Shown one piece after another: positions 40,979 through 53,244 of a stretch of 62,768 bases of DNA. Position 1 is the first letter of the stretch. Every line of letters starts with the position of its first letter. The stretch comes from an uncultured Leptospiraceae bacterium (GTDB taxonomy: Bacteria; Spirochaetota; UBA4802; UB4802). The position numbers were made by a program, and so were the translations under genes. The DNA lies in NCBI GenBank assembly GCA_964486725.1, contig CAZAOK010000008.1, forward strand, positions 1-62,768. The letters run 5' to 3'. The notes beneath the pieces were generated by a model that saw only the letters and a program-made list of their open reading frames with translations, made no database searches and was not told the origin of the DNA.

Positions 40979-43069
40979 ATGGGACGAGAACTTCCGTTAC
41001 ATAGAACACGAAATATAGGTATCATGGCCCATATCGATGCGGGCAAAACCACTCTTACAGAGAGAATACTGTTTTATACAGGTAAAACCCACAAGATTGG
41101 AGAGGTGCATGAGGGCACCGCCGAAATGGACTGGATGCAGCAGGAGAAAGAGCGTGGTATTACCATCACTGCTGCCGCGACAACCACTTCCTGGAAAAAT
41201 ACACGTATTAATATCATTGATACCCCGGGGCATGTGGATTTTACCGTAGAAGTTGAGCGGAGCCTGAGAGTTCTTGATGCTGCAGTAGCAGTATTTGACG
41301 CCGTTGCCGGTGTAGAACCACAATCAGAAAAGGTCTGGAGGCAGGCTGACCGGTATCATATTCCAAGGATGTGTTTCGTAAATAAGATGGACAGGATGGG
41401 TGCCGATTTCGAACGATGTCTTGAAATGATCGAAAAGAAGTTATTTGCTACACCGCTCCCATTACAGTTGCCTATCGGGAAAGAAGAGGGATTCAGAGGT
41501 GTAGTAGACCTGATATCGATGAAAGCGTTTGTGTGGAGTGAAGAAGGTACAGGGGAAAAATTTGAAACGGAAAATGTTCCCGACGATGTAATGGAAAAAG
41601 CCTCTCTATACAGGGAACGAATGATTGAGTTGCTGGCAGAACATGATGATACATTGATGGAGAAGTTTATTGAAGGTGGAGATGCTGACGAAGAAGAGAT
41701 AAAAGAAGCAATAAGAAAGGTTACACTGACCTCACAGCTTTTCCCGGTCTTTTGCGGGAGTGCTCTCAAAAACAAGGGAGTACAACATGTTCTGGATGGT
41801 GTAGTGGATTATTTCCCATCACCAAGGGATGTAACTGCTATCAGGGGTTTTGACCCGGAAGATCACGAGAAGCTAATAGAGCGACATCCGGACGACAAAG
41901 AACCTTTTTGTGCCCTTGCATTTAAAATTAGATCTGATACATACGTGGGTAAATTATGCTATATACGGGTTTATTCAGGGCACATTGAAACAGGAAAACA
42001 GGTTTTGAATGTTGACAAGGGAAAAAAAGAACGGATTGGCAGAATCCTGCGAATGCACGCAGATGACAGGGAGGATATCAAGGAGATATATTCTGGAGAT
42101 ATTGTTGCGCTCGTAGGGATGAAGACCGTTCAGACGGGTGATACAATTACGGATACAGAAAATCCGGTTCTGCTTGAAAAAATGGAATTTCCTGTTCCCG
42201 TAATATCAGTGGCAATTGAGCCAAGAACCAAGGCAGACCAGGAGAAGCTTAACAATTCTCTGGAACGCTTGCAGGATGAGGATCCTACCTTTATAGTGAA
42301 AACTGATCCGGATACAGGACAAACCCTCATTTCCGGCATGGGAGAGCTGCATCTTGAGATTATCATCGATCGGCTTAAGAATGAATTCAATGTTCAGGCT
42401 AATGTGGGTAATCCACAGGTTTCTTACAAGGAAACAATAACAACCAATGCGGTTGCCGAGCATACTTTCGAGAAGGAAATTGCCGGGAAATTACAATATG
42501 GCAACGTGACAGTTGAAGTAGAACCGATGGAGCCTGGTGCAGGTTTTCTTTTTGAGAATAAATCTACAGGCGTACAAATTCCGGAAGAATACGCGGGCAT
42601 TATTGAAGAAGGCTTCAAGGATGCAATGATGTCCGGTGTTATCGCCGGATATGAGTTGATGAATATTAAGGCAATGCTCAAGGATGCTAAATACCGGGAA
42701 GGTGAATCAGATGCAAATGCTTATCGCATAGCAGCAGGTATTGCGTTTAAAGAAGCAGTTGAGAAGGCGAAACCTACCCTCCTTGAGCCGATAATGGACC
42801 TCGAGGTGGTGGTGCCGGATGAATATACCGGTGAAATAATAAATGACTTGAACTCCAGGAGAGGAAAAATTGAAAGCATTGATATGCGGGGACAATTGAA
42901 GGTTATTGATGCAACTGTACCATTGTCAGAAGTTTTCGGATATGCCACCAGTGTCAGATCTTTAAGCCAGGGCCGGGCATCACATTCACTTCAATTCAGC
43001 AAGTATGATCTTGTGCCGCAAAATGTGATGGAGCAGATACTTGCACGGTTTTCAGGCAGATACTATTGA
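40979..43069 (+). CDS. fusA: Elongation factor G (divergent domain IV; probably EF-G2/recycling type)
   Basis: [37 protein letters not shown]; position in the str operon. Confidence 0.96.
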   Translation: MGRELPLHRTRNIGIMAHIDAGKTTLTERILFYTGKTHKIGEVHEGTAEMDWMQQEKERGITITAAATTTSWKNTRINIIDTPGHVDFTVEVERSLRVLDAAVAVFDAVAGVEPQSEKVWRQADRYHIPRMCFVNKMDRMGADFERCLEMIEKKLFATPLPLQLPIGKEEGFRGVVDLISMKAFVWSEEGTGEKFETENVPDDVMEKASLYRERMIELLAEHDDTLMEKFIEGGDADEEEIKEAIRKVTLTSQLFPVFCGSALKNKGVQHVLDGVVDYFPSPRDVTAIRGFDPEDHEKLIERHPDDKEPFCALAFKIRSDTYVGKLCYIRVYSGHIETGKQVLNVDKGKKERIGRILRMHADDREDIKEIYSGDIVALVGMKTVQTGDTITDTENPVLLEKMEFPVPVISVAIEPRTKADQEKLNNSLERLQDEDPTFIVKTDPDTGQTLISGMGELHLEIIIDRLKNEFNVQANVGNPQVSYKETITTNAVAEHTFEKEIAGKLQYGNVTVEVEPMEPGAGFLFENKSTGVQIPEEYAGIIEEGFKDAMMSGVIAGYELMNIKAMLKDAKYREGESDANAYRIAAGIAFKEAVEKAKPTLLEPIMDLEVVVPDEYTGEIINDLNSRRGKIESIDMRGQLKVIDATVPLSEVFGYATSVRSLSQGRASHSLQFSKYDLVPQNVMEQILARFSGRYY

Positions 43070-43393
43070 AAATGCATAAAATTATTTGATAAAATCTGCT
43101 ATTGTGTTACTTTCATAGTACTGAACGGAAATTAAATATATAGTGGGCCGGTAATTCCATGTAAAAATTCTTTTATGCGGAATTAATTGGTTGACAGAAA
43201 TCCCATATATTTTTTTAATTCACACACTCAGCGCCAATCCTGGGTGTGGTATATTAACGTATTAACATATAATTATGTACTAATCAATTATAAGCAGTTC
43301 TTTCAGTTTCACAATATATTAATTAAAGCTATGTGAACTGCTTTTAAACTTTTGTCAAAAATACTACGAATATTTTAATTAAGGAGAAAGGAG

Positions 43394-44605
43394 ATGGCAA
43401 AGGAAAAATTCGATAGGAGTAAGCCACATGTCAACGTAGGTACCATTGGACATATTGACCACGGAAAGACTACGCTTACATCTGCAATAACAAAATGTCT
43501 TTTCTCAGCTTACGGTGAGGGAAAGGCAATTGATTTTGATCAAATAGACAATGCTCCTGAAGAAAAGGCCAGGGGGATAACGATCGCTACATCGCATCAG
43601 GAGTATACTACTCCGAAGAGGCATTATGCGCATGTTGACTGTCCTGGTCATGCTGACTACATTAAGAACATGATAACCGGTGCAGCCCAGATGGATGCTG
43701 CCATTCTTGTTGTAGCTGCGACTGATGGACCAATGCCTCAGACAAAGGAACACGTTCTGCTTGCTCGTCAGGTTAACGTTCCTTATATGGTTGTGTTCCT
43801 TAACAAGGTTGACCAGTTGGATCCATCTGACAAGGATGAACTGATTGAGCTGGTTGAAATGGAAGTAAGAGATCTCCTCAGCAAGTACGATTTTCCTGGT
43901 GATGAGATTCCAATTATTCCCGGATCGGCTCTCAAGGCGATGGAATGCGGTTGTGGTAAAGAAGATTGTGAAGCTTGCGGACCTATTATTAAACTGGGTC
44001 AGGCACTTGACGATTATATACCGGATCCGCAGCGAGACAAGGATAAGCCTTTCCTTATGCCAATAGAAGACGTTTTTTCTATTACCGGACGTGGAACGGT
44101 AGTTACTGGTAGAATTGAGCGTGGTATCGTTCATACCGGTGATGAGATAGAGATCGTTGGTTTTAGAGAAACAAGAAAGACAGTTGTGACCGGTGTTGAG
44201 ATGTTCCGTAAGATCCTTGATGAAGGTATGGCTGGTGACAATGTTGGTTGTCTGCTCCGAGGTATCGGAAAAGATGATGTGGAGCGGGGCCAGGTTCTTT
44301 CTAAACCAGGTGCGATTACTCCACACAGAAAATTTGATGCGGAAGTATATGTTCTTTCAAAAGAAGAAGGTGGACGTCATACACCATTTTTTGCCAACTA
44401 TCGTCCGCAGTTCTATTTCAGAACTACTGATGTAACAGGGATCATTGAGCTTCCTGAAGGCGTTGAGATGGTAATGCCGGGTGATAATGTAAAGATGAAA
44501 GTTGAGCTTATCACGCCGGTTGCCATGGACGAGGCACTTCGTTTTGCCATTAGAGAAGGTGGTAGAACCGTAGGTGCTGGTGTTGTTGCAAAGATTATCG
44601 AGTAA
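43394..44605 (+). CDS. tuf: Elongation factor Tu
   Basis: [30 protein letters not shown]. Confidence 0.99.
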   Translation: MAKEKFDRSKPHVNVGTIGHIDHGKTTLTSAITKCLFSAYGEGKAIDFDQIDNAPEEKARGITIATSHQEYTTPKRHYAHVDCPGHADYIKNMITGAAQMDAAILVVAATDGPMPQTKEHVLLARQVNVPYMVVFLNKVDQLDPSDKDELIELVEMEVRDLLSKYDFPGDEIPIIPGSALKAMECGCGKEDCEACGPIIKLGQALDDYIPDPQRDKDKPFLMPIEDVFSITGRGTVVTGRIERGIVHTGDEIEIVGFRETRKTVVTGVEMFRKILDEGMAGDNVGCLLRGIGKDDVERGQVLSKPGAITPHRKFDAEVYVLSKEEGGRHTPFFANYRPQFYFRTTDVTGIIELPEGVEMVMPGDNVKMKVELITPVAMDEALRFAIREGGRTVGAGVVAKIIE

Positions 44606-44648
44606 TTAAAAAAAATTACTTGATTTTACAATGCTGTGTAATAAATGT

Positions 44649-44677
44649 TGTCAGGCCATAGGAGATATGGCCTGACA
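44649..44677 (+). promoter_or_regulatory. 12-bp stem hairpin in the tuf-rpsJ spacer (S10 leader)
   Basis: tgtcaggccata-ggaga-tatggcctgaca. Confidence 0.5.
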
Positions 44678-44749
44678 TGATATAATGAATGTGTAATTAT
44701 TTGTGCTTTTGTCTAAAATTTGATTTAGAGTATGGAAAAGGGAAATAGA

Positions 44750-45067
44750 GTGGCAAAGCTGGCAGGACAACGAATTAGAGTAAAACTGAGATCGTACGAT
44801 GCAAAGCTGCTGGATCAATCGGCGGAAAAGATCGTGGCGACTACAAACAGAAGCGGCGCGAAGGTTGCGGGTCCAATACCTCTTCCGACACGAATTGAAA
44901 AGTTTTGTGTACTTCGCTCTCCTCATGTTAATAAGAAGTCGCGAGAGCAGTTTGAGATTAGAACTCATAAGCGGCTTATCGATATAATTGACCCGAACTC
45001 GGATACAGTGGAAGCGCTTATGAAGCTTGAACTTCCCGCCGGAGTTTCAGTCGATATTAAATCCTGA
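44750..45067 (+). CDS. rpsJ: 30S ribosomal protein S10
   Basis: [21 protein letters not shown]. Start is uncertain (GTG 44750 or ATG 44732). Confidence 0.97.
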   Translation: MAKLAGQRIRVKLRSYDAKLLDQSAEKIVATTNRSGAKVAGPIPLPTRIEKFCVLRSPHVNKKSREQFEIRTHKRLIDIIDPNSDTVEALMKLELPAGVSVDIKS

Positions 45068-45142
45068 TTATCGGCAGTTTTCTCTTTGTACATAGTGTGC
45101 GTATACGCGAATTGATATTATTGGCTAAAATGGGTTAGCAAG

Positions 45143-45760
45143 ATGAAGAAGGCTCTAATTGGCAGAAAACTTGGAATGAGCCAAGTATTTAAAGAAGATG
45201 GTACTGTTGTCCCAGTTACTATATGTGAACTCGGGCCATGTGTCGTCGTGCAGAAAAAGAATGAAGAAAAAGATGGCTATGGTGCCATCAAGCTTGGCTT
45301 TCTGGATACCAGGGAAAACCGTCTTACCAGGCCTGTGGCAATGGACCTGAAGAAAAAGGATATACCTTTCAAGAAGGTTTTCAGGGAAGTTCCGCTCTAT
45401 GATGAAACACTGGATGAAGGTAAAGTTCTTACGTGTGATATTTTCCAGGAGGACGATGTTGTACAGGTTACCGGGACTTCAAAAGGCAAGGGTTTTGCGG
45501 GTGTTGTAAAACGTCACGGGTTTGGTGGCGGACGAAAAACACACGGATCCCATTTTCACAGGGCCCCTGGTGCAATAGGTGCATGTGCGTTCCCTAACGA
45601 AGTATGGAAAGGGCAGAAAATGCCTGGAAGATATGGTGGTGACCGGGTGACGGTGAAGAACCTGAAGGTTGTGAAAGTATTAAAAGATAAAAACATAGTA
45701 ATGATTTCCGGAGCGGTGCCTGGTACAAGAAATTCAATAATTACGGTTAGAGAGAAATAG
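45143..45760 (+). CDS. rplC: 50S ribosomal protein L3
   Basis: GRKLGMSQ, SKGKGFAG, HRAPG. Confidence 0.98.
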   Translation: MKKALIGRKLGMSQVFKEDGTVVPVTICELGPCVVVQKKNEEKDGYGAIKLGFLDTRENRLTRPVAMDLKKKDIPFKKVFREVPLYDETLDEGKVLTCDIFQEDDVVQVTGTSKGKGFAGVVKRHGFGGGRKTHGSHFHRAPGAIGACAFPNEVWKGQKMPGRYGGDRVTVKNLKVVKVLKDKNIVMISGAVPGTRNSIITVREK

Positions 45761-45771
45761 GCGGTTTCACC

Positions 45772-46392
45772 ATGCAAGTGGACAAGTATACAATAGATGG
45801 AAACAGCGCGGGTCAGGTGAACCTGGAAGATTCTGTTTTTAACGCAAAGGTAAATGATGTGCTCGTGTACGAGCTAATAAAGGCAGCAAATGCCAACCTT
45901 CGCCAGGGAAATCATGCTACCAAAGAGCGCTCGTTTGTGCGTGGTGGCGGTGCAAAACCATGGCGACAGAAAGGTACAGGCAGGGCACGGCAGGGCAGCA
46001 TTCGATCACCCCAGTGGGTTGGTGGTGGCGTTGTATTTGGCCCAAGTCCGAGAGATTATCGAATTGATATGCCGAAAAATTTAAAACGTCAAGCATACAG
46101 GTCTTTATTATCACTTAAGGCGAAACAGGGAGCCATTAAAATTGTAGATGATTTTTCCATAGAGAATGGTAAAACAAAAGAAATGGTTGCAATTGCCAAA
46201 AAGCTTGGTATTGAAAAAGGGGTGCTGGTAGTTGATGGAGAAGATTCAGCTATCAAGAGAGCAATGCGAAACATTGGATGGTTCAAGTATAATAATGTAA
46301 AGCGGCTTTCCAGCAGGGAAATCTTTTATTCAAAAACCCTCCTAATGACAGAAAGTGCTGTAAAATACCTGAACGAGAAGTATGCTAAGTAA
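45772..46392 (+). CDS. rplD: 50S ribosomal protein L4
   Basis: KPWRQKGTGRARQGS. Confidence 0.98.
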   Translation: MQVDKYTIDGNSAGQVNLEDSVFNAKVNDVLVYELIKAANANLRQGNHATKERSFVRGGGAKPWRQKGTGRARQGSIRSPQWVGGGVVFGPSPRDYRIDMPKNLKRQAYRSLLSLKAKQGAIKIVDDFSIENGKTKEMVAIAKKLGIEKGVLVVDGEDSAIKRAMRNIGWFKYNNVKRLSSREIFYSKTLLMTESAVKYLNEKYAK

Positions 46393-46404
46393 AGGGTAAG
46401 TGGA

Positions 46405-46689
46405 ATGAATTACAATGATATAATAATAAGACCGGTTGTGACAGAGAAGACCACGAATTTGTCCGAGCAGAACAAATATGTCTTCCAGGTTGCCAATTCA
46501 GCCAATAAAGATATGGTAAAGAAGGCTGTGAAAGAAATCTTTAATGTAACTCCAGACCGCGTGAATGTTATAATGATGCGTGGCAAGAAGAAAAGGGTAC
46601 GATACCAGTATGGGTATACAACAGCCTGGAAAAAAGCAATTGTTACCCTTAAGGCTGGAGACAAAATAGAACTATTCGAAAATCAGTAA
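46405..46689 (+). CDS. rplW: 50S ribosomal protein L23
   Basis: [15 protein letters not shown]. Confidence 0.98.
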   Translation: MNYNDIIIRPVVTEKTTNLSEQNKYVFQVANSANKDMVKKAVKEIFNVTPDRVNVIMMRGKKKRVRYQYGYTTAWKKAIVTLKAGDKIELFENQ

Positions 46690-46730
46690 TAACGTATATA
46701 TTAAAAGTTTCAATTTCAGGTAAAAATACG

Positions 46731-47555
46731 ATGGGTATTAAAAACTTTAGACCAATAACACCAACACAGCGATACAAGACTAATCTCACGAAAGATGAGA
46801 TAACCAGTGACACCCCGGAAAAATCGCTCACAAAAGGCAGAAAAGAGTATGCCGGCCGTGGATACAAGGGGCACGTATCAGTCCGCCGGCGAGGTGGTGG
46901 CCATAAAAAACGATATAGGATAATCGATTTTAAACGTGACAAGTACGGGGTTGAAGGACGGGTAGATTCTGTAGAGTATGATCCAAACCGTTCAGCAAAT
47001 ATCGCACTTATTGTTTATCTTGATGGAGAAAAACGATACATTATATCTCCAGATTCTGTGAAGGTTGGCGATAAAATAATTGCTGGTGAAGACGTCGAGA
47101 TAAAAGCAGGAAATGCCCTTCCTTTGAAAAACATACCCGAAGGAACGCGAATTTATAATATTGAGCTGACAAAGGGTAAAGGCGGACAGCTTGCCCGATC
47201 CGCAGGTGTTGCCGCACATATAACCTCTAAAGAAGGAAAGTATTGTAATATCAAGCTTCCTTCCGGAGAGATACGAAGAATTAACAGGGAATGTTACGCG
47301 ACTATTGGTGAAGTGGGGAATAAGGATCACATCAATATTACCCTTGGAAAAGCAGGACGCAGCAGATGGCTTGGCAACAGGCCAAAGGTTAGAGGTGTTG
47401 CAATGAATCCGATTGATCACCCCCTTGGTGGTGGTGAAGGAAAATCTTCCGGTGGTCGTCATCCTGTATCACCTACAGGTCAGCCCACAAAGGGTTACAA
47501 GACACGAAAGAAAAATAAGTACAGTGATAACATGATAGTGAGAAGAAGGAAGTAA
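46731..47555 (+). CDS. rplB: 50S ribosomal protein L2
   Basis: [26 protein letters not shown]. Confidence 0.99.
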   Translation: MGIKNFRPITPTQRYKTNLTKDEITSDTPEKSLTKGRKEYAGRGYKGHVSVRRRGGGHKKRYRIIDFKRDKYGVEGRVDSVEYDPNRSANIALIVYLDGEKRYIISPDSVKVGDKIIAGEDVEIKAGNALPLKNIPEGTRIYNIELTKGKGGQLARSAGVAAHITSKEGKYCNIKLPSGEIRRINRECYATIGEVGNKDHINITLGKAGRSRWLGNRPKVRGVAMNPIDHPLGGGEGKSSGGRHPVSPTGQPTKGYKTRKKNKYSDNMIVRRRK

Positions 47556-47558
47556 AAA

Positions 47559-47846
47559 ATGGCACGATCGTTAAAGAAGGGACCGTACGTAGAAATCAAG
47601 CTTTTTAAAAAGATTGAAGAGATGAATTCTACTAATACCAGGAAAGCAATAAAAACATGGTCGAGAAGATCGACGATATTCCCCGAGATGATCGGACATA
47701 CGTTAATGGTTCATAATGGTAAAAATTTTATTCCAGTATATATAACTGAAAACATGGTTGGGCATAAGCTTGGTGAATTCGCTCCAACAAGAAATTATAG
47801 AGGACATACAAGTAAAGACGACAAGTTAGCGAAGAGGAAAAGATAA
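47559..47846 (+). CDS. rpsS: 30S ribosomal protein S19
   Basis: [24 protein letters not shown]. Confidence 0.99.
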   Translation: MARSLKKGPYVEIKLFKKIEEMNSTNTRKAIKTWSRRSTIFPEMIGHTLMVHNGKNFIPVYITENMVGHKLGEFAPTRNYRGHTSKDDKLAKRKR

Positions 47847-48184
47847 TGGAAGCAAAGGCTTTTTCTAAATTTAACAGGATGTCTGCTTCTAAAGCCAGAC
47901 TGGTTGCAAATGAGATAAGGGGATATCCATTTCCTGAGGCAATTGATATATTAAAGGCAATACCCAAAAAGGCTTCAGGATTGATTCTGAAAACGCTTTA
48001 TTCTGCTGGCGCAAATGCAAAGTATGCCAGTCCTGATCTGCGTGAAGATGATCTTTATATCAAGAAAATAGTTATTGATGAAGGGCCCACTTTAAAAAGG
48101 TATAGACCACGGGCCAGGGGCAGAGCGACAAGGATCAGGAAAAGAACGAGCCATATTGAAATAGTTCTCTCTGATGAAAGTTAA
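47846..48184 (+). CDS. rplV: 50S ribosomal protein L22
   Basis: DEGPTLKR..PRARGRA..IRKRTSHI. Confidence 0.98.
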   Translation: MEAKAFSKFNRMSASKARLVANEIRGYPFPEAIDILKAIPKKASGLILKTLYSAGANAKYASPDLREDDLYIKKIVIDEGPTLKRYRPRARGRATRIRKRTSHIEIVLSDES

Positions 48185-48210
48185 AAATTTTGTAATATAA
48201 GGTAATTGTA

Positions 48211-48891
48211 ATGGGTCAGAAAGTCAATCCAATAGGTATACGCGTAGGTATTAACCGAAGCTGGGATTCTGTATGGTATGCGGATAAAAAAGAATATACT
48301 GATAATTTGCATGAAGATCTTAAGATTAAGAAATTTGTGCAGGATAAACACAAAAATGCCGGTATTGCCAGGATTACAATTGAAAGGTTTCCGGATCGGC
48401 TGAATGTGAACATCCATGCTGCTAGACCAGGATTGTTGATTGGCCGAAAAGGTGTTGATATTGAAGCACTTAAGAAAGATTTGCAAAAAATAGCTTCTAA
48501 GAATGTGTACATTAACATACACGAAGTAAAAAAACCTGAAAAAACTGCTAAACTGGTGGCAGAACAGGTTGCAGCGCAGCTTGTTTCACGATTTCCTTTC
48601 AGGCGTGCAGTAAAACAGGCCATATCTGGAGCAGTGAGAAGTGGTGCACTTGGTATAAAAGTAAATGTATCCGGACGTTTGAATGGTGCGGAAATGGCGC
48701 GATCAGAGTCTTACAAGGAAGGCAGAATACCACTTCATACGTTGCGTGCTGATATCGATTATGGATTAGCCGAAGCACACACTACTTTTGGAGTGATTGG
48801 TGTTAAGGTCTGGATTTACAATGGTGATGTATTGTCAGGCAGAGAAGAAACAGAAGAAGACAAGTACGCTGTTAAAAGAAAAACTAAGTAA
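48211..48891 (+). CDS. rpsC: 30S ribosomal protein S3
   Basis: [23 protein letters not shown]. Confidence 0.99.
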   Translation: MGQKVNPIGIRVGINRSWDSVWYADKKEYTDNLHEDLKIKKFVQDKHKNAGIARITIERFPDRLNVNIHAARPGLLIGRKGVDIEALKKDLQKIASKNVYINIHEVKKPEKTAKLVAEQVAAQLVSRFPFRRAVKQAISGAVRSGALGIKVNVSGRLNGAEMARSESYKEGRIPLHTLRADIDYGLAEAHTTFGVIGVKVWIYNGDVLSGREETEEDKYAVKRKTK

Positions 48892-48913
48892 TAGTAGATA
48901 AGGGTTATTCACA

Positions 48914-49321
48914 ATGTTGATGCCGAAAAGGACAAAATATAGAAAGATACAGCGCGGGCGTATGAAAGGAAAAGCCCTGAAGGGATCTACAATAAATTTC
49001 GGGGAATTGGCGCTTAAGAGTGTTGAATGTGGAAAGATTTCCAGTCGCCAGATTGAGGCTGCCCGTATTGCAATATCAAGAAAAGTAAAAAGAGGCGGGA
49101 AACTGTGGATTCGAATATTCCCGGATAAGCCATTTACCAAGAAACCAGCAGAAACGCGAATGGGTAAAGGAAAAGGGAATCCTGAAGGATTTGTCGCAGA
49201 TGTGAAGCCGGGACGGATCCTTTTTGAGATATCAGGTGTTGATGATCAGTTAGCACGTGATGCGTTAAAAAATGCATCCAACAAGCTTCCTGTTAAAACG
49301 AAAATAATTTCTATTAAGTAG
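48914..49321 (+). CDS. rplP: 50S ribosomal protein L16
   Basis: [18 protein letters not shown]. Confidence 0.99.
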   Translation: MLMPKRTKYRKIQRGRMKGKALKGSTINFGELALKSVECGKISSRQIEAARIAISRKVKRGGKLWIRIFPDKPFTKKPAETRMGKGKGNPEGFVADVKPGRILFEISGVDDQLARDALKNASNKLPVKTKIISIK

Positions 49322-49344
49322 TACTGTAATCAGGGATATATACA

Positions 49345-49551
49345 ATGAAGGGTAAACTTGAAGAATTAACAATTGAGGAACTTGATAGGGGTCTCAGTGA
49401 AAGTAAAGAAGCGTTAAGGCTGGAAAGGTTTAAGGCAGTAACAAGTCGAGTTGAGAATCCCAAGAAAATGAGTGAGCTCAGGAAACATATTGCAAGGATC
49501 TTAACGCTTAAAAGTGAATATAAACTGGGTATCAGAGTAAAGCAAAAGTAA
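49345..49551 (+). CDS. rpmC: 50S ribosomal protein L29
   Basis: ENP..M..LRKHIARILT; conserved position. Confidence 0.95.
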   Translation: MKGKLEELTIEELDRGLSESKEALRLERFKAVTSRVENPKKMSELRKHIARILTLKSEYKLGIRVKQK

Positions 49552-49576
49552 TTATTAAGGGTTGGAAGAACGAGCA

Positions 49577-49831
49577 ATGGAAAAAAAGAATCGTAAACAG
49601 CTGACTGGTAAAGTGGTTAGTAATAAAATGGATAAGACCGTTGTGGTTGAGATAGAGAAGTACATAATGCATCCTATTTACCACAAGTTTGTAAGAAGAA
49701 GAAAGCGGATTAAAAGCCATGATGATAGAAATGCATGCTCAATTGGGGATGTTGTTAGAATTGAAGAAACACGACCCATTTCAAAGCAAAAACGGTATCG
49801 ACTGGTAGAAATAATTGAGAAAGTGAAATAG
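49577..49831 (+). CDS. rpsQ: 30S ribosomal protein S17
   Basis: [21 protein letters not shown]. Confidence 0.98.
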   Translation: MEKKNRKQLTGKVVSNKMDKTVVVEIEKYIMHPIYHKFVRRRKRIKSHDDRNACSIGDVVRIEETRPISKQKRYRLVEIIEKVK

Positions 49832-49841
49832 GGTTAGCGCA

Positions 49842-50234
49842 ATGATTCAAGTACAAACTATGCTCGATGTTGCTGATAATAGTGGAGTGAAAAAGGTTCA
49901 ATGTATAAAAATACTTGGTGGAACACGCCGAAGGTATGCCACTGTTGGTGATATTATTGTTGTGGCTGTTAAGGATTCACATCCTTCTTACGGCCTTAAA
50001 GATACAACAGGTAAGAAGGTTCACACAAAAGCTGTTTTGCGGGCTGTAGTTGTTAGAACAAAGAAGCCGGTACGACGAAATGACGGAACATATATCAGGT
50101 TTGATGATAATGCAGTAGCAATTATCGACTTGAAGGGTGAGCCAAGAGGGTCACGAATATTTGGACCTGTTGCACGGGAACTGCGCGAAAAGAATTTTCT
50201 GAAAATTGTTTCTTTGGCGCCAGAAGTATTATAG
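49842..50234 (+). CDS. rplN: 50S ribosomal protein L14 (with about 8-aa insertion)
   Basis: [23 protein letters not shown]. Confidence 0.99.
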   Translation: MIQVQTMLDVADNSGVKKVQCIKILGGTRRRYATVGDIIVVAVKDSHPSYGLKDTTGKKVHTKAVLRAVVVRTKKPVRRNDGTYIRFDDNAVAIIDLKGEPRGSRIFGPVARELREKNFLKIVSLAPEVL

Positions 50235-50246
50235 AAGGTGGATGAT

Positions 50247-50564
50247 ATGGTTAAGTCAAAGTTAAAGAAAAATGATAACGTGATGGTAACATCAGGTGCT
50301 GATAGAGGGAAAAGGGGTAAAATTCTGTTTGTTGATAGAAAGCTTGGCAGGATAGTTATTGAAGGCATCAACAAGAAGAAGAAATTTGTGCGTCCCTCCC
50401 AGGAAAATCCAAAGGGTGGTGTTATAACTTTGGAATATCCCATAGATATATCTAATGCTATGATATTCTGCGATAAATGTAAAAAGGCTGTACGAATAGG
50501 TGTAAAGCAGAAAGATGACAGTAAGTTCAGGGTATGTAAAAATTGTGGAAAGAGTATTGATTAA
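50247..50564 (+). CDS. rplX: 50S ribosomal protein L24
   Basis: KOW V.VTSG.DRGKRG, EGIN, ISN. Confidence 0.97.
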   Translation: MVKSKLKKNDNVMVTSGADRGKRGKILFVDRKLGRIVIEGINKKKKFVRPSQENPKGGVITLEYPIDISNAMIFCDKCKKAVRIGVKQKDDSKFRVCKNCGKSID

Positions 50565-50579
50565 TAAAGGGTGATGATA

Positions 50580-51128
50580 ATGGCTTCCAGACTTCGAGAG
50601 ACATATGATAAAAATATTAAAAAGAACCTTATGGAACGGTTCAAATTTTCATCCCCTATGGAATTACCGAAAATCGAGAAAATAGTTCTTAATGTAGGTA
50701 TGGGGGATGCACATGCTGATCAAAACGCGCTAAATTCGACAATTAATGAACTTAGTGCAATTACCGGTCAGAAAGCTGTCAAGACAGTGGCAAAGAAATC
50801 AATTGCCGCGTTTAAAATTCGCGAAGGGTATGATGTTGGTTGCAGGGTAACGCTTCGTGGAGAAAAAATGTATGAATTTCTTGACAGGTTGATCAATGTA
50901 TCTTTACCCAGGGTTCGTGACTTTAGAGGTCTATCTCCAAAGTCATTTGATAATTTTGGGAATTACAACTTTTCAGTTAAAGAACAGATTATATTCCCTG
51001 AGATAGATTTTGATAAGACTGACCAGATTTATGGAATAAATATTACAATAGTAACCAATGCAAAAAATTCAGAGCAAGCCAGGGCGCTGCTTGATGAATT
51101 CAAAATGCCATTTAGAGAAGCGAGGTAA
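50580..51128 (+). CDS. rplE: 50S ribosomal protein L5
   Basis: [21 protein letters not shown]. Confidence 0.98.
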   Translation: MASRLRETYDKNIKKNLMERFKFSSPMELPKIEKIVLNVGMGDAHADQNALNSTINELSAITGQKAVKTVAKKSIAAFKIREGYDVGCRVTLRGEKMYEFLDRLINVSLPRVRDFRGLSPKSFDNFGNYNFSVKEQIIFPEIDFDKTDQIYGINITIVTNAKNSEQARALLDEFKMPFREAR

Positions 51129-51133
51129 GAATC

Positions 51134-51319
51134 GTGGCCAGCGAAAGAATGTTTGCAAAAATGAGAAAAACACCAAAATTTAAGGTTCGACATAGAAACA
51201 GATGTAGAATTTGTGGAAGACCACGTGGATATCTTCGAAGGTTTGAAATGTGCAGGATTTGTTTAAGGGACCTGGCCAGTGAAGGTAAAATACCTGGTGT
51301 TACAAAATCATCTTGGTAA
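51134..51319 (+). CDS. rpsN: 30S ribosomal protein S14 (type Z, Zn-binding)
   Basis: 61 aa; [20 protein letters not shown]. Confidence 0.97.
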   Translation: MASERMFAKMRKTPKFKVRHRNRCRICGRPRGYLRRFEMCRICLRDLASEGKIPGVTKSSW

Positions 51320-51343
51320 ATAATAAGGGAGTGTTTAAATATT

Positions 51344-51745
51344 ATGAGTAGTGTATCTGATCCTATCTCTGATATGTTAACAAGGATAAGGAATGCAATA
51401 AATGCAGGGCATCTTAAGGTAGATATACCTTCATCAAAATTAAAAATGGCTATTGCAAAAATATTAAAAGATGAAGGGTTTGTGAAAAACTTTAAAATTA
51501 TTGATGACAACAAACAGAAGATTTTGCGTGTGTATTTGAAATATGACAAGCAGAATCAGCCATCTGTTTTAAGTATTAAGAAGATTAGCAAACCAGGTAG
51601 AAGAGTATATATAAAGGCTGAGGATATAAAGCCTGTTTACAATAATATTGGTATATGGATTCTATCCACTTCAAAAGGAATAATTACCAACAAGGCCGCG
51701 AAACAACTCAATGTTGGTGGCGAAGTGCTTTGCGAGATATTATAA
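51344..51745 (+). CDS. rpsH: 30S ribosomal protein S8
   Basis: DPISDMLTRIRNA, SKPGRRVY, STSKG. Confidence 0.99.
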   Translation: MSSVSDPISDMLTRIRNAINAGHLKVDIPSSKLKMAIAKILKDEGFVKNFKIIDDNKQKILRVYLKYDKQNQPSVLSIKKISKPGRRVYIKAEDIKPVYNNIGIWILSTSKGIITNKAAKQLNVGGEVLCEIL

Positions 51746-51768
51746 TACAGGATAAATGAGTAATTGAT

Positions 51769-52311
51769 ATGTCACGAGTAGGAAAAAAACCGATTCAAAT
51801 ACCCGAGGGTGTTAAAGTAGAAATATCCGGAAGAAAAGTTAATGTAACCGGCCCCTTGGGTTCATTAAGCTGGGATTTAATAGAAGGTATTGATCTGAAA
51901 CAGGAAGACAATGTCCTTTATGTGGAGAATAAAGGTGCAGAAGAGGATAAGAAGCTGCAGGCTTTCTTCGGTTTGTCCAGGGCTTTGATTTCAAATATGG
52001 TCAACGGTGTTGCGACTGGTTTTGAAAAGGATCTTGAAATACATGGGATCGGGTACAGGGCAACGCAAGTGAACCAGGATATTGAATTGCAACTGGGATA
52101 TTCTCACACTATTAAGTTTAGTCCACCTGAAGGCATAACAATACAGGTTGTGGAACCAACAAAGATAAAAATTAAAGGCATAGACAAACAGCAAGTTGGT
52201 CAGGTTGCCGCAAATATCAGAGAATTGAGAACTCCGGAGCCATATAAAGGTAAGGGGATAAGATACAAAGATGAATATGTACGAAGAAAAGCTGGAAAGG
52301 CTGCTAAATAA
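51769..52311 (+). CDS. rplF: 50S ribosomal protein L6
   Basis: [19 protein letters not shown]. Confidence 0.99.
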   Translation: MSRVGKKPIQIPEGVKVEISGRKVNVTGPLGSLSWDLIEGIDLKQEDNVLYVENKGAEEDKKLQAFFGLSRALISNMVNGVATGFEKDLEIHGIGYRATQVNQDIELQLGYSHTIKFSPPEGITIQVVEPTKIKIKGIDKQQVGQVAANIRELRTPEPYKGKGIRYKDEYVRRKAGKAAK

Positions 52312-52334
52312 TCGGAGATAACCAGAGGATACGT

Positions 52335-52700
52335 ATGGATAAATTGGCTTTAAAAAAGAAACGATATCTTCGAAGAAGATACACGGTTAAGAAAAAGATT
52401 CGGCGAAATGCAGAGAGTTTGCGACTATGCATTTCTCGATCTAATAAAAATTTCTATGTTCAGATAATTGATGATAGCAAGGGAACAACCCTGGTGAGTG
52501 CTTCAACTTTTGAGAAAACGTTTCCTGAAATGAAACATAAAGGAAATATTGAAGCTGCCAAAGCCCTTGGTAAGATCCTGGCTGAACGTGCTGTGAAAAA
52601 TGGGATTAAAAGTGTGGTTTTTGATCGAAATGGATATTTATACCATGGAAAGATAAAAGCATTTGCTGATGCAGCCAGAGAAAACGGGTTAGAATTTTAG
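52335..52700 (+). CDS. rplR: 50S ribosomal protein L18
   Basis: [22 protein letters not shown]. Confidence 0.98.
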   Translation: MDKLALKKKRYLRRRYTVKKKIRRNAESLRLCISRSNKNFYVQIIDDSKGTTLVSASTFEKTFPEMKHKGNIEAAKALGKILAERAVKNGIKSVVFDRNGYLYHGKIKAFADAARENGLEF

Positions 52701-52712
52701 GAGTGATAACTG

Positions 52713-53228
52713 ATGAAAATAGTGAGGAAGAAAGCAAAGGCTGAAGGACTGGATGTTGCTGAAAAGGTCATCGTTATAAACAGGGTTGCCAAGGTTGTAA
52801 AAGGTGGAAGAAGATTCTCGTTTAATGCAATGTCAGTTGTCGGTGATGCGGAAGGTCATGTTGGCGTAGGATTTGGCAAGGCCAACGAGGTACCTGATGC
52901 CATAAAAAAAAGCGTTGAAGATGCAAAGAAAAATTTATATAAAATCAATTTGAATAAGAATACTATACCCCACGAGATTGTTGGTAAGTATAAGTCTGCC
53001 CAGGTAATATTAAAACCTGCCAGTCCTGGTACAGGTATTATTGCAGGAGATTCAGTCAGGGCGGTAGCAGAACGTGCAGGAATTTCTGATCTTATGGCAA
53101 AATCAGTTGGTTCGAGAAATCCAATCAATATTGTTAAAGCTACAATGAATGGATTGATGGGACTACGAAGTTTGAAAGAAGTTGCTGATTTACGGGAAAT
53201 TCCCTTAAATAAATTGTGGCAACCATAG
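52713..53228 (+). CDS. rpsE: 30S ribosomal protein S5
   Basis: [26 protein letters not shown]. Confidence 0.99.
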   Translation: MKIVRKKAKAEGLDVAEKVIVINRVAKVVKGGRRFSFNAMSVVGDAEGHVGVGFGKANEVPDAIKKSVEDAKKNLYKINLNKNTIPHEIVGKYKSAQVILKPASPGTGIIAGDSVRAVAERAGISDLMAKSVGSRNPINIVKATMNGLMGLRSLKEVADLREIPLNKLWQP

Positions 53229-53244
53229 ATAGAGGATACATACG

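Noticed and set aside
43505-44326. 273-aa antisense ORF inside tuf (also antisense ORFs in rpoB, rpoC, rplL, umuC and others)
   Set aside because: These are shadow frames of highly conserved or GC-rich genes, with no motifs or RBS.
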